From Mytilus trossulus (taxonomy: Eukaryota), in contig NC_086374.1 of NCBI RefSeq assembly GCF_036588685.1, forward strand, positions 45,384,001-45,448,000: a stretch of DNA of 64,000 bases, in the 5' to 3' direction. Position 1 is the stretch's first letter. Each line of letters opens with the position of its first letter. This document shows positions 14,496 through 29,215 of the stretch, piece after piece. The notes beneath the pieces are model-generated. The model saw only the letters and a list, made by a program, of their open reading frames with translations. It had not been told where the DNA came from and searched no databases. The translations under genes and the position numbers were made by a program.

Positions 14496-16230
14496 TCGAA
14501 TAGTTGAATGTCGATGATTAGAAACGAAACAGACGAAGAGCTATTCAAACAGTACTTAAAAGAAATCGACAAAACCATGTAAGGTCAAATTTGTAACCTT
14601 TGTTTTTTTTATAATTTTAAAATTTATAAACGGACAATTTTAGAAATGTGTATTATAATTAATTCATTACAATAACGAGGTACTTTATACATACATACAA
14701 TTAATTTGTCGATTATCAAATGTAAGGGTAATTGCCTATTCCGTCTAAGCATTTTGTTTTAAAACATTTTTTAGAAACTTTGATACAAATATAAAAAGGC
14801 CCGTAACTAATGTTAAATTTCTCCTCTATTTGTCTTATATAATGAAATTGCAAGTTCATTAGTTATCCAGCATCACGAATTCTTGGGTTGCAATTTACAG
14901 GTTACAGGCTGCATAGCATGGTTATTGCCCTTGTTCAGTTACTCTGCCTCTTCCTTTATATTAACTGACTTGATAAATGCAACCCGCTTCACACAGTCCA
15001 TATTACCGAATCTTGCAACCCGCATCCCAAACAATATATTATACTCATTCATGATATTTTGTTATAGAAAATTAACAGTTTAGAAAGTTCAAGTCATTTG
15101 CACTGGTTTATACGGAGCTATCAAGTGGCACACATGTTCCGATGATTCAACATAAACGTCAATACGTATATACATCGACAAAATTGGTATGTAAGTTATA
15201 AAAACATTTCGATGTTAGCGTTATCATTTGTTGGTTTTAAAGATCAATCAAGATATTTATGTGTTATAAAATTGACTTTTACGATCCGGCTGTTGTTCCA
15301 ATTCATATTTATTAAAATATAATTTAAGAAAGATAAAAAAAATCTTGATGGTGTTGTACGGTTCAAATAATTTTTCATACAAAGATATTGAACATCGATT
15401 TTCCATTATATTATTTCAAAGATTGAAAATGCTTATTTTTGTTTCTTTTTCGGCCATTTTTATGGGTATTTTGTATCTCACCCTTTGCTTTCAAATCTTG
15501 CACATGTATATTGTACATGTCTGGATTTAAAAAAGTTGCAATATTTCATCGGAGTCATCATTTGTATAGGTCGTTATATTATATGTACGTCATTGTCATG
15601 ATTGAAAAGTTTGCACTAACGCAGCCATAATATGTTGTAAAAAGTCTAAAATACTATAAGTTTAAACACCATGTAGATGTATGGACAAAACGTAATAGTT
15701 CTAAGACACTATTCTATGTTCCGACTATGTTTGAACTCATCAAAGATACCAGGCTTATAATTCATAATGCCACTAATTAAAATACATACACAAACACATA
15801 ATAAATCAAGCAAATACTAATTAAATAAAACACTTATTGTATATTTTATCTCATGGTAGAAACTGTAGATTGACCTTCAAACATCTTTTGATTTTCATTC
15901 GTTGTTGTGCTGTGCTCGCGTTGATGGATACCTCACACCTGCTCTTAATTTACACAAAGTTTTACGATATTTTAAGATAATTTGCAGCAAATTTAATTTT
16001 TAAATATCTGGTTTGATTCAAATGCTACATATACATTAAAAAGAACGTAAACTATAATTATCCCCGATACTCTTTTAGATATGTTTTCTGCATATTTATC
16101 AAAAAGTAATGCAAATACGTAAAATACCGATTGAATTAATGAATTTAGTATACAGACTAGTTTAACAAATACATGTGCTTTAGTGTATACATAAGTGTTC
16201 TGTGCTTAGCTGTCTTATTGTATATTTGTA

Positions 16231-16477
16231 CGTCTGTCTTATTACATGTACCTGTTGTTAGGTCTGTCTTATTACATGTACCTGTTGTTATGTCTGTCTT
16301 ATTACATGTACCTGTTGTTAGGTCTGTCTTATTACATGTACCTGTTGTTAGGTCTTTCTTATTACATGTACCTGTTGTTAGGTCTGTCTTATTACATGTA
16401 CCTGTTGTTAGGTCTTTCTTATTACATGTACCTGTTGTTAGGTCTGTCTTATTACATGTACCTGTTGTTAGGTCTGT
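16231..16477. repeat. Minisatellite, 30-bp unit x8
   Basis: GGTCTGTCTTATTACATGTACCTGTTGTTA, nearly homogeneous. Confidence 0.97.
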
Positions 16478-17403
16478 TTTCTGCAGTAAACATGTTGTGT
16501 GGTAGTATATATCCATAGTGTTTGTCCCGAAGCCTGTCTTTTCTAGTATGAGTGTTCTGTGATCTGAGTCTGTGGTATCGACTTATTGTTGATTCGTACG
16601 ACCGTTGTGTTGCTTTTGATTTGACTTGATCGGATTTTACAAAATGTTAACCCTTTTTGATGCAGTAATAGTTCGATATCTATTCACTCAGCGAGATCTG
16701 ATATTTCATACAATTTATCTATACTTTTACGACTTGTTTTTACAACAACAAATATAAATCTCATTACCAATAAAATATTTAATTACCTAACGACAAAATA
16801 TACCTCAATATAAGAGCAACATGACTTTCAAAATTGTTATTCTTGGAAATAACTTGACCCTTAACAAGATTCCGATCGTACTAACATGCATCACTAGCAT
16901 AAACAGTTAACGTTTTCGTGGTAAATTTCAATTAGAAGCAAATAAGATCAATCGATACCTCATCCAGTTGTTTTTCTTAATAATTTGAGGAACGCTAATG
17001 TAAATTGTCTATACTCGAGAACATCACCAGGTGCTTGTAGTATATTAAACAATTAACAAAAGCTTCAACGCTTTCTTTTGAAAACATGTGCCTGCCTTAT
17101 AAAACATTGCACGTTCTTTAATTTCATGTACGAACACACATGTCTGGTTACACAGAGTACTTCTAGTACATGTTTATTCTTCGGGTGCGGTAAATGTCAT
17201 GTTCATACACGTATAACTTCTGTGAGCAGATCAAGGCTTACATGTAAGCTACATTGTAGTTTCTGTTTCTGAAATAAAGCCCACTTTTATAGCACCTTGC
17301 AATTTCCATACAGCTTCGTTTTTAATTTGGTGGCTACTTAGTATTTTGGACTTTATTGAATATATATCCATAACAATGCTTTGTAAAGCTTTCAATTATA
17401 TAA

Positions 17404-17635
17404 GGCAGCAACTATTTGATATTCTGGGAGTGGGGGGCTATGTTTTTTTTCTGTGCAAACTTTTTTTTAGCGACAAACCGAAAACAATTTTTTCTTTCAA
17501 TTTTAGCATTACATATAGTGGCAGCTGAGGGTGAAACAAACAAATTTTTTTTCTCTCAGGGTCCAAAAAATTTTTTTTTTCCAAAAAAAAACTATAGCCA
17601 CCCCCTCCCCCCCAGAAAATCAAATGGTTGCTGCC
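17404..17635. mobile_element. PIF/Harbinger (Tourist-like) MITE
   Basis: ~40-bp imperfect TIRs GGCAGCAAC(T/C)ATTTGAT(A/T)TTCTGGG..., flanked by TAA at 17401-03 and 17636-38. Confidence 0.85.
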
Positions 17636-18457
17636 TAAGATCTCTTTAATTTTTGGAAATTTGACCATTCGTTTACCTTACATTAAAAGTAACCCAATCA
17701 CCCACTGAGGCTTCAATTCTTTGTCAACTTTTGACAAGCAAAAAAATACAGCACTTTCATACGAGTTCAGAAAACAAATACTTAATAAATCTTGTACTTT
17801 CAAATTTATAAATCCCATTTTTTTATTCTTAAAGAAAACATGTACAATACGTCAGGATTCCAGACTTTATAAATCATCCGTTTTTCATAAAACAATGAAA
17901 TATTGATTAAAAGGGATTACTGTATGACAAAAAGAAATAAATAACGAATCCTTGTACTGGAAAATATGACATTCTGGTTTTCGAAAAATTGAATCATTGC
18001 ATGATTTGTCTAAAAGGAACACGAAAAATTACTTGCGGTTTTACATTATCGGCATGTGACGTGACAGTTACAGAGGTATATTGTACTTTAGCTTTTGTAG
18101 AAAGCAACAAACAAACAAAAAAAAAAAAATATTCGAAACCAAAGTTGCCAAAAAAACATATGAAAAATATAATGTATTATTATATTTTAAATGCTTAACA
18201 GTCAAGCTCTATATTACTATCTGACACAACCTTTCCTAATTAGAACCTGTCGAATAGTCCGCGGGTGTCCTGAAGTAACAACTCTATAAGACTGTCTGTC
18301 TGTCCATCTGTGTTTGTATGTCGTAAAAGGTCACGATTGCCTCAATCGATTCACCAATATTATATGAAAAATGTAAATGTTAATATACAGGGAGATCTCT
18401 TAGTTTCCTTTGAGAAGGAAATTCAGACAAATAATAAGGTATTTAAACCTTTATATT

Positions 18458-18570
18458 TGCTCACATATTTAAAAAAAAAATAATCTTATATTCTCAGTCA
18501 GGATCCTACTTCGTCTGCTCACATATTTAAAAAAAAATTCTTATATTCTCAGTCAGGATCCTACTTCGTC
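18458..18570. repeat. Tandem duplication, ~57 bp x2
   Basis: TGCTCACATATTT(A)n..TCTTATATTCTCAGTCAGGATCCTACTTCGTC occurs twice. Confidence 0.9.
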
Positions 18571-20311
18571 AAAATTATCTCCCCATTACGCCAGTTCATT
18601 TCACAATCGTAGAAATGGAAGCCATTGTAGGGATGACGCGCTACCAATTTTGCTCTTGGAAACCGATAAATTTATCCACATTGCACCATTACGATCCTTA
18701 TATGTCAGTTGTATTTTAAAAGACAAATATATCAACTATCTAATGAGCATCAGTTAATATTCTTGTCTGCATTGATTCAACTTAAAACTATTGTCTGATC
18801 GGTTGTCAGGTGGAATTTTCGAAAATTCAAAAACAATAAAAAAAAAACCTAATTAAATATTTCGTGAAAGGGCAGACTAGATTTTTTTAGCGTATGAAGA
18901 CTATAAACCCTAGTTATCACACACAAAAAATTAGAATTTTTCGAAGATATGCTTTCATCATCCAACTTGGAAGACTGTCGTCAAGTACTTTCAGTAAAAA
19001 AAATGCCATTCGAACACAATCACCTTCTCTGTTTTTGTGACTCATTAGATAGGTATTTTGCTTGACCCATATATTTCATCTTTTAGTACTGTGATTTTTT
19101 TGTGTTATAAAGTCAACCTGTTGCTTTAATATATAAAAATGATAGAATCTGAAGCGAGACGATGTATGAAATATTCTTACTTTGTACGATATCAAGACAA
19201 AATACTCAACTCAAACACGCCCTAACATAAAAAGGTGCACTCGATTTTCTCTTTTCGATACAATTGTTACCCATGTTTTGGATTTTTTTCTTCAGTCACA
19301 TAATGGAAGGGCAGACACGAAACTTACTGAACTAATAGATTGACAGGTTTTCCGTCCGTGGTAATTTTTTCAAAAAAATCGGAGTTTATGCATTTTCTTC
19401 ATCCAACTTGAAAGATACCCGTGTCGTCGACTTGATATCTAATTGTTCTGCTTAACTATGTACTAGATAAATTGAAACTTATACAAATGGTGTTTTTAAA
19501 ATAAAACACCTCGTAATTGAGAAGAAAATTGCAATTTTGTTTGTTACTGTTAACTTTTAAAAAAATTGTCACTATAGTAAACAATACGGTTAACGTTTAT
19601 CGCCTTCTCTAACAAGGAGCTTCGATTCTTTTGTTCTATTTCAACCTTGTTTCCGACTGTTCTGCTTCACTTGCGATATTCTATTCATAGTTGAACCAGA
19701 TAACAAAATTTCTTTTTTTTATGACAGATCACAAATTTTGAGAAACAAATGTGTGTACTAGTATTTCAACAAACATTGATCTGTGAATACGAAAGGCTAT
19801 TTCAAATTGATTGCAGGTATCAAATTAGTTCAAAATATGGTAAAATGGATTTGCTGTTAAAAACTAATTAAGAAACATCTTTTTGTGCTTACTAGTACAA
19901 AGTGTAAGATTTCAACAAAAATTGATATATATATATATGTATAATAAATTAAGCTATCCAAGATTGTTTCCCGCTGTGAAAAATAGATTTTAAAACTGGG
20001 GGATAACTGGGGAGAATAGGTAGTATTTGACAAATTTGTGAAATGTCTTCACATGCTAGGATTTTAACAAAATTGAAACATAGGAACATGTACAATGAGC
20101 TAGCGTGTGATTGAAAGTGCGAAATAATGCTAACCTATTGTTGGTTAAAAAATTAACAAAATTAAAACATTTAAAAATGCTATGCAAGAGTTTCAACATG
20201 AATGAAAACACAGGTCAAAGTCTACTTCTCCAACTTGCGTCTCGAAATCACATATAATAGGTTTAATAACATGTTGGGTTTTTTTTTATGAAAGAGGAAA
20301 CAGAAGGGGAA

Positions 20312-21003
20312 TATAAAAAAGAAGATGTGGTATGATTGCCAATGAGACAACTATCGACAAAAGACCAAAAACCAAAATGACACATTAACAATTATAGGTC
20401 ACCGTACGGCCTTCAACAATGAGCAAAGCCCATACCGCATATAGTCAGCTATACAAGGCCCCGATAAGACAATGTAAAACAATTCAAGCGATTAAACTAA
20501 CGGCCTTATTTATGTAAAAAAATGAACGAAAAACAAATATGTAACACATAAACAAACGACAACCACTGAATTACAGGCTTCTGACTTGGGACAGGCACAT
20601 ACATAAATAATGTGGCGGGGTTAAACATGTTAGCGGGATCCCAACACTCCCCCTAACCTGGGACAGTGGTATAACAGTACAACATAAGAACGAACTATAA
20701 AAAATCAGTTGAAAAAGGCTTACATGTAACTCATCAAATAGACAAAAAATAAAAGTGGACGTGGCCGGGTACTTATACATCCCGACACAAAAAGACACAA
20801 TAAACAGATCTGAGAGTACTCGTAGTTATCTGACAGCTAGTTCAAAGCCATTAACAACTAATAAAAAAAATCATGCCTCTAAGACTAAGCAATCAATCCG
20901 TACACATCCAACATACAATGGATTTAGTGTAAAGACGTCATAAACAGCCAGAGAAAAACATGACCTTGTGCAATGCCAAGTTACAGGTATCGACACATTG
21001 TAG
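20312..21003 (-). mobile_element. Interspersed repeat (~690 bp) ending GTTGTCTCATTGGCAATCATACCACATCTTC
   Basis: Terminus shared with 13094-13470, 26116-26363 and 62775-62962; degraded internal copy at 11750-12160. Confidence 0.7.
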
Positions 21004-23054
21004 AATATTTTTTTGTGCTAGGATGCCAATAACAGTTTAATATTTATATATACAAAGTAAAATATGCATACGAAATGAAAACCGCTATGTTGGTAGGATT
21101 AATATTACTAATTCAAAATGATACACTTCAAAAACTATTGGCTGCTGAAAACGGCTCTTTGATATACACAGTGCTTGGATTTTAACAAAACTATTATTCA
21201 TAGAAGACACATCTTTTACAAATTTATGGTGTCAAAATTTTTATGGCAATAGATACCTTATAAACATTAATTGTATTGTAATCACCGGTGTCTGTTCCGT
21301 GCACAAAAATGTTCAAACTGTGCCCTTTCTGAATTGAACCCACCGAAAGTACATGTGATTAGTAAATAAACAAAATCTGCCTATAAGTTTCAGTAATATC
21401 GCTTTAAAGACATAATATAACTGTAAACTTTCTGTTCTTTTAGGTTTTTTTTATTAACTTTTTTATATATGTACCCCACACTCAGCACAGATTGAAAATA
21501 ATCCGAGTGAAAAAAAAGTAAAAGTCAAAATGCTTGTACAGATAACAATAGCGTCGTAAATATAAAAAACGAAGACTAACCACAATGTCAGCAAATAACT
21601 GTAACCGTTACTGTAATAATTATATATAAGCAAGTGCCCATTGGAGCTGCTATATTGAAACAAAATAATAATCTGCGTTCCAACTTTTTAAACATCCGTG
21701 ATAACCTCAAGATATATACTTCAAGAAAACCTTGAAGGAAAGATATTGTTTTGTTGCAAACAGAAAAAAAAATTATACTTCATAAACAATTGAATTGTAA
21801 AGATTAAAATGTTAAAGTTCGCTAAGCTAATTTAAAATTTGGCAAGTACATTTCAGAAAAAAAAGGACAGCTGCTGTAACGAAAACTTAGATTTAAATAA
21901 ACAAATGCTTCAACCGAAGATAAAGCATAGCTAACGGAAGATAAAGCCTACCTATAAACGTTGCTATTGTACAAAGCCTTAACTCGATTAGAACTAAAAT
22001 TGTCCATACATGTACATGTAGCAACTATAATTGTTTGATGTTTGATTTCAATATCATATGACTGTTAAGTTTTACTTGATACAAACACGTTTTAACTCAG
22101 TTTATGATTACTAACAATTTATTACAATTCCCATATTACCAGCATTGTAATTTTATTTATGTGTTATTTTTATGAAGTTTTCATATTCTTTTCTTTTGAT
22201 TTGTTTATTAATTATATTAAATTGAGTATAATGTTAAGTAAGACCTAAGACACTGCACTAGATATACATCTTTAAGTAAACACCAGGCTTACATATACTT
22301 TGTAGGTTATCTAATCAAAATTACTTTCAAATTATTTACTTTTCTGGATTCTTGTTACAAAAGCGATAAATGTTGCACGATTTATCATTTATCAGTATTT
22401 TTCAAGTTAATGCATAAAGCTATTAATTTTTGTTACTCATTAAAAAATTATAAAAGACTAGTTGAAGTGTGATTATAACATAATTTATTGTTACATATAA
22501 TATTTTGAATTATACTTCGTCCATTTTATGGGCTATAAGAATGGAGTAATAGTGCACCGGGCCATTAACATAACGAAAAGAGTGCATGCAACTTGTTCAC
22601 AGACATTTACTGCAATTTTAAAAGATAATTTTGATTAAAAACGAAGGGTTACCTCGTCAAATGAAAACCTCTCAGTGACGTCATGTGGTTAAACCAAACA
22701 TCTGGTTGGGAAAATACTGAGGAAGAAAAAAAGATTTGGTATTTGAATCTGCTTTAATTATTGATAAGAAGATAAAATCGATTACAAAGTGCGTTTGGTA
22801 CACTATCAAGACGTCAAAAATAACTTTGAACAGACATAATATTGCTTAGATTTTTTACAAGGTGTTCTTCAATTGTTTAGATTATTATTAGAGAAATGGG
22901 GTTCAACAGAAATTTTGTTTTTTCTGACCCATGTTATGAAATCGAACTATTATATTTACAAAATAATGCAATATGTCTATAAAGACTTTTTACAATTATT
23001 ATTTAACTCATTTTAAGCATATTCATTTTAAATGGATTGCAAAACAACTTGTCA

Positions 23055-23381
23055 GTGAGAAACTGTTATTTCAACTTATGTTAATCCCTTTCCACATTGC
23101 AAATGGGCGTGCTGCCTTGTAGGGGCATAAGCCTACTCTTTTTCGAAATCTACTAGGTTGTCTTTTACGTGCTGGAGATATTGCTCTCTCTTAATACGAA
23201 TCAGCCTTTTGTCGTTCCCTTCTGAAGGACTATCGTCGTTTCTCAAGAACATACACGCAAATGGTGTCGAGGGCGAGCCGAAATTTTTTAGTCCCTGAAA
23301 TTTTCTCCCCGGAAACGGGATGAACCAGGAACCGTTGTGCTTAATGTAATAGTCCGACGCGCTAACCACTACACCACGGCT
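23055..23381 (-). mobile_element. tRNA-derived SINE with Deu/Nin-like central domain
   Basis: Head AGCCGTGGTGTAGTGGTTAGC (A box) and degenerate B box GGTTCATCCC; central GTCCTTCAGAAGGGAACG...GCACGTAAAAGAC...TTCGAAAAAGAGTAGG. Confidence 0.75.
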
Positions 23382-26115
23382 AAATTGTTACTATTACATG
23401 CACTACGTGATTTCATTCTTAAACTTGATATGATGCTTGTTGAAAGAAGTAATCACATAAAAGTCGTACAGTTTGCATGAAGAAAAAATGCCCGGCTCTC
23501 TTCATGTTCAGTGACATATATTTGGTATAAGCCTTTTAGGACAATTAGCAGACTCGTACGATAACAAGAAAATAAACCAGAATAAATAACGATAAAATAT
23601 ACCCGGCATGGATGTTGACATTTTTACAAATATTTGCACAATTTACAAATCTGAATGACAAAATGTCCGTGTCCTTAAAGATAAACATGTTTTTGTTGTC
23701 GTTTGATCAAACTTGTTTTCGCTCTCTATCAGATACATTTTGTACATGTACATGTCAAGGCTGTTTTGCCTATCTTTGTATATATATATATATATATAGG
23801 TGTACAACAAATTCCCAAGAAGTTCTTTCGAGACAAACGTTAATGAATTTGGCAATAAGCAAAATCATGACAAAACATGTTTCCTGAATACCAGAATTCT
23901 TTGATGTTCAGACGTAATTCATGTTAAGCAATCTGTGCTTGAAATAAAACATCAATTAGATCCTGATAAATCCATGACAGCCTCTTCCAAACGTTTTAAC
24001 AGCTTTAACTTATGATAAGAAAATCAACTTCTGGCTATTTACATTGAATATAAATATTTCGTGATAAATTAATACCCACTAAATAATAGCTTTTTCAGAT
24101 GAAAGTTAATAGAATTTCGAAAAACCTTGAACAGATGATTTGATTAATCAAAAAGGTTGACGTTTATACATTGTTGTGCTTTATTGAGCATGTAAATGAC
24201 TGAAATTTTTCACATCTTATTGTTTTCTAAATCAGAATGTAAAATGTCTGATACTCAAACGATACTTAATTTTTTTGCAAGGAGACATTTTTAAAAGATA
24301 TTGTATAGAATAGTTTAATATCAAATTCCTAATGACTTTTGAAATTAATATGGCCATGAGTATACAGGAAAAGATGGGTAGTGATTAATGTAGTTAATAC
24401 CCCTCACTGTCTCGTATGGTCGTCACAAGACAAAGAAAGAAAAAACAAAACTCCATCAAAATAAAAAAAAATGAAATTTAAAAACACCTAATTTGAATTC
24501 TGCATTAATCTGTACGTACCGAAGAAAAGTAACAATTGTTTAATCAAATAAAATTGAGAATGGAAATGGGGAATGTTTCAAAGAGACAACAACCCGACCA
24601 TAGAACAGACAACAGCCGAAGACCACCATTGGGTCTTCAATGCAGCGAGAAACTCCCACATCCGAAAGAATACTAAAAATAACAAAGGAGGATCTAATAT
24701 AACCTCCTTGAAATAACTATATTTATATATATAGCAGGTAGACAAATAAAAATAATATGATGAATGTAGCGCAGGATCATTTGCATGCCCCGTTGAAAGA
24801 AAAAAAAAACTGCAATATTTTTCAAAATTTTTTAGCTTCAACGTGATCATTTCTTTAGTAAACAAACATCTATCATACTCAAAAGTGATATGCTATCATT
24901 AGGTATGCATTTCAAATGGATTTTAAATGCAATGCATCGTTTTGATGCAGCTATACCAGTTATTGAATGTAACCAAATGATCGAGTTTGATAGATTAAGA
25001 TTTATATATGTCTTTTTATGGAGGAATATACTTCCATCGGTAAATGCTTGATGGACTATCAGTATCATTATACAACTTAGACTTTATTTTATATATAATA
25101 CATCAACTCAAATTTTGTTGTAATTGAATTTTACAGAAACGGTAAAAGATTCTTGTCTGCTTAAAGAATCCCAATTTAAAATATACATTTTTGTACAGTA
25201 AGCATATAACACAATGATGTCATTGTAGGGAGAAAAACTTATTTGTTGAGTCTTACTTAGTTTAACAAAGGAATTTATCTGTATACGTTATAGATAATGC
25301 ATAATAAAAATAATAATAATAATAATGCGGGTTGATTCTGAAAAAGAATGACCTGTTGTTCTGAACGAAAATAACTCCATATAGGTACATAAGAAATATA
25401 ATTGCACACATCTTTGATTCAAGTAAATTTTTCTATAACTTGTATTGGTCGGACGTCGTAGCTAGTATTTCAAAAGGACATGTAAGAAAATCTAACAAAA
25501 ACTACGTTGTTTTTATCTTTTAAAATCATTTTATTATTTCATTGTGTTTGTGTGTTTTGCTAGTTTCAACGCCCTTTCTACATATACAAAAGTGGTAAAC
25601 ATTAGAAATTTTTTTCATATCTAGAAAAACTATATATACGATAGACTTATTGCTTTATGCCAATGACAAATGCATTTGCATTTATCAATTTCTAAAACAA
25701 AGCTAATCCAGATTTTCGACCACACAAATGATCGACGTAAATGTTGCACCTAAATGACCGAATTGATTTTGTAAGCATGATAAATAAAATTAAGTTCAAA
25801 CAAATCTAAAAGTTGGAATCTTCAATGAGACTTAATTGTTGTAGGCAAAGAGTTATAAAATACAGAGGACTTAACTTAATTTTCATCTGATCACAGGTCG
25901 AGACAATCCTATAACATACGATCATGGGGTATATTGGTTTTATTTATTTTGCTAACATTTTTTTTTTTTTTTTCTCCTCTTCAGTTTTCCCAACATTAAA
26001 TATACCGCCCTGAATAAAGGAAAAAAGAAAATATCAACATAAAAGGGACGAAAACTAATACTTATATCTTACAAAAAAGACAAAATGTGATTTTTTTTCT
26101 TCTTCATATACTGAT

Positions 26116-26363
26116 ATGGTGTGAGTGCCAATGAGACAACTCTCCATCCAAATAACAATTTATAAAAGTAAACCATTATAGGTCAATGTACAGCTTTCAA
26201 CACGGAGCTTTGGCTCACACCGAACAACAAGCTACAAAGTCCCCAAAACAACTAGTGTAAAACCATTCAAACGGGGAAACCAACGGTCTAATCTATATAA
26301 AAAACAAGAAACGAGAAACACGTATAAATTATATAAACAAACGACAACTACTGTAATCAGATA
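26116..26363 (-). mobile_element. Copy of the 13094 repeat family
   Basis: Colinear with 13107-13365. Confidence 0.75.
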
Positions 26364-27504
26364 CCGCTAAAGACCATCTAGCAAAGTGCAGGATGAAGGA
26401 GTGCAATAAAATCTAATTTATTTCATAAATATTTCATCTATCTTTTATGTATCGTCTACATGTAGTGCAAGAATTTTCTGTCGTGTAGACTATATAAGTA
26501 TGTCATTGATCTAATACATTGCAACTTATTACAATACTGCAGTAAAATGCCTTGAACGACTATTTGAATCTATAATTGAAGGCAATACATAACAAATTAT
26601 CGTCTGGAGGCCTTAACCGCAAAAAATTAATATTATCGTATAATTTTATACCAATGAATTCTAGAAATACAACTGTTTTGTCAATATAGACCGTGCTATG
26701 GTTAACTGCTGCATAGTAATTCGAACTTTTTAATAATTTATGGTATTCTAAATGTTATACATTTGATATATTAACAACAAAATGCTTGTAATTTCATATC
26801 ATATCATATAAATTTGATACAGTTTGAGAGTACCAAAGGGTGACTTAGAAGACTTTTTAAGAAATATACACTAAAACACACAAACAATTTGATGGAGTAC
26901 CAATAACAAAGATCGCGACACTTAACCAAACATGTCGAACTAACTTACAGATCAATAAAAAGAATAGGCAGTAGTGTTGCTCCATAGTATGTCTCCCATC
27001 GGAGTACTCGTTTAATACCACAAGTTATTGACATGATAAATATCGGTCGAATCCTCTAGTTTTCAGGCGCGAGTCATCATGCTCAAAAATCTACTAAAAC
27101 ATTTAACAGGGAATTGACAAAAAAGGTTTGGTGACTGAATCATCGAAAGTTTGGTCAATATTTAATATGTTCCTCTAAGTTTACGTCCTTGTTCGAAGAT
27201 ATGGATATAACCATATTACTGGTTATTGTTTCAGATAATTAACATCAAAAGAAAAGAAAAAAACCATTGGAGATAAGTGAAACTATAATATTGAACAGAA
27301 GCAATTTTCCAGGACCAAAACATGACTTAAAATATAAATTTTAAGATAGGCTGTAAAATTGACATGTATAACAAAGAGTATTAAATCTGTCATTTAGATA
27401 AACATAAGAGACTAAGTATTTAAAAATAAGAAGTGTTGGTATGATTTGCAATACGGCAATCATCCAAGTAACATAATGTGACATACCGAATTATTATCTT
27501 TTAC

Positions 27505-27755
27505 TTTTATTTTTGACGTTTTTACCTATTGTGTCTGTTTGTTTTGTTCACGCATCATTTATATCAATATTATTAAATTTGATGCGACTGTGCTACAAGT
27601 GAGAGATTTGGCGCTAGAAAACCAGGTTCAATCCAAAATTTTCTACATTTAAAAATGCCTGTACAAAGTCAGAATGTATAACAGTTGTTGTCCATTCGTT
27701 TGATGTGTTTTGCCATTTGAGTTTGCCATGGGATTAGGGACTTTTCGATTGATTT
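27505..27755 (+). repeat. Interspersed repeat (CAGGTTCAATCC...CCTGTACCAAGTCAGGAATATGACAGTTG family)
   Basis: Partial copies at 31215-31315, 45058-45195 and 55900-55963. Confidence 0.65.
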
Positions 27756-29215
27756 ATTGTGATTTTTCCTTTTTTGAAACCAAAACAGGATAAAAAAAAA
27801 AAGAGAGGAGAAAAAAAAAGAGATATTCAAGCTCAAAAGTCGAAATCGAATTGACAATACCATGATATATCGACAAACGAAAAAAAGACGAACAACAGTT
27901 TATACTGTAGACAAAACACAACATAAAACATAAAGTATGAGAAAAAAGAACCCTATTATACAAGAACCGAGAGTAATGTAAGGATCCCGCTCCCTAAACG
28001 GCACCTGTCGTATTGCTCATATAAGTTCGTAACCGGTGATAAGTCAAATTCGGGAGTTCGCATTTGAGGAAAGGAGGACCGGATTGATGTAAAGACAATA
28101 GGAACTTATACCTGTTGTAATTTATGACCAATTCACCAATGGTACATCAGTACAATACAACGGTATCTAGATACGGTATTGATCCATAAATAAGTGTCTA
28201 CAATACTCTACATCATAAACATGTCGATAGCTCTAAATCGCTATTTTCACTGACGTGTTGGAATTTCTCCTAGTGCATATTGCAACCGTTTTTTACATTA
28301 AAGATTAATTTTGTGATTATCTACATTGTTTAATGGAAAATGTCCGATAGAAAAGATAAACACTCTGTCGAATTAATTGATATTTGATAACAACAAAACT
28401 TACAGTTCATCAAAGCAAATTAACTACTATGTACATGCTATTGATTAAAGACAAACAAATATACATCGCCTCCCAGTTCGTAGTCTCAAGGTTTGATCTT
28501 TCAATAAATTGTATATTTAAATATGCAATTCCTTGGATCTGTTGATAACATTTCGAAATGTATTTAAAAGGATAATATAAAGGAACAATAAAATTCGACA
28601 ATACAATGTCGGGTGTTTTAATATATAAAGTGCTAAATGTTGGTCCCATTTCCGGCAATGCAACTTTCAGCAACTATCTCCTTAAAAGACGTTTTAATAA
28701 ACTAATTATGGAAAACTGCTGTTAATATCTATTTGTGATTTAACTGCACTTAAATATACATGGTCCCATGGCTTTTCTTGGTGATTTTTTTTTTTTACGA
28801 TACCTTATGATTTCGCAGAAAATTTTCCCTAATTTTGATCAACATAAAAAACATCATCATTTACATTTAAGGACAAATTTGAGCTTGCTTGAAACTTTAT
28901 TCATTAAAAAATATAATATAATTGATATAACAACCAATCACAGATAGCCATCTATTTTCATCCCTATATCATGTTACCTTCACAAATGGCTAAGCCCATG
29001 TAATTTTTATGTAGTACATTATAACCATTTACCTCCATGTTTAAAGTTAAAAGTTAATAGTTGATGATGTCAATATAATAGAAAAGAGAGATTTACTTTG
29101 GATACGACAATTGGAATGTGTGGTAATCTTTGACACGGCTATTTCATTACGCTATAGTGTACGCGATACTTTTGAAGGGATGAATTTTACATAATCAAAC
29201 CCTTGGCTCAAATGC

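Noticed and set aside
16157-16518. Three repetitive ORFs (KTDLTTGTCN etc.)
   Set aside because: Artefacts of the 30-bp minisatellite; the same applies to ORFs at 29271-29683, 38620-39083 and 41486-41762.
22640-22690. Possible family 1 HHR relic (rc CGTCACTGAGAGG...GACGAGG)
   Set aside because: Too degraded to count; core motifs incomplete.
23300-23381. tRNA gene
   Set aside because: A box present, but no complete cloverleaf and it continues into a SINE body; ORF 23133..23369 is spurious.
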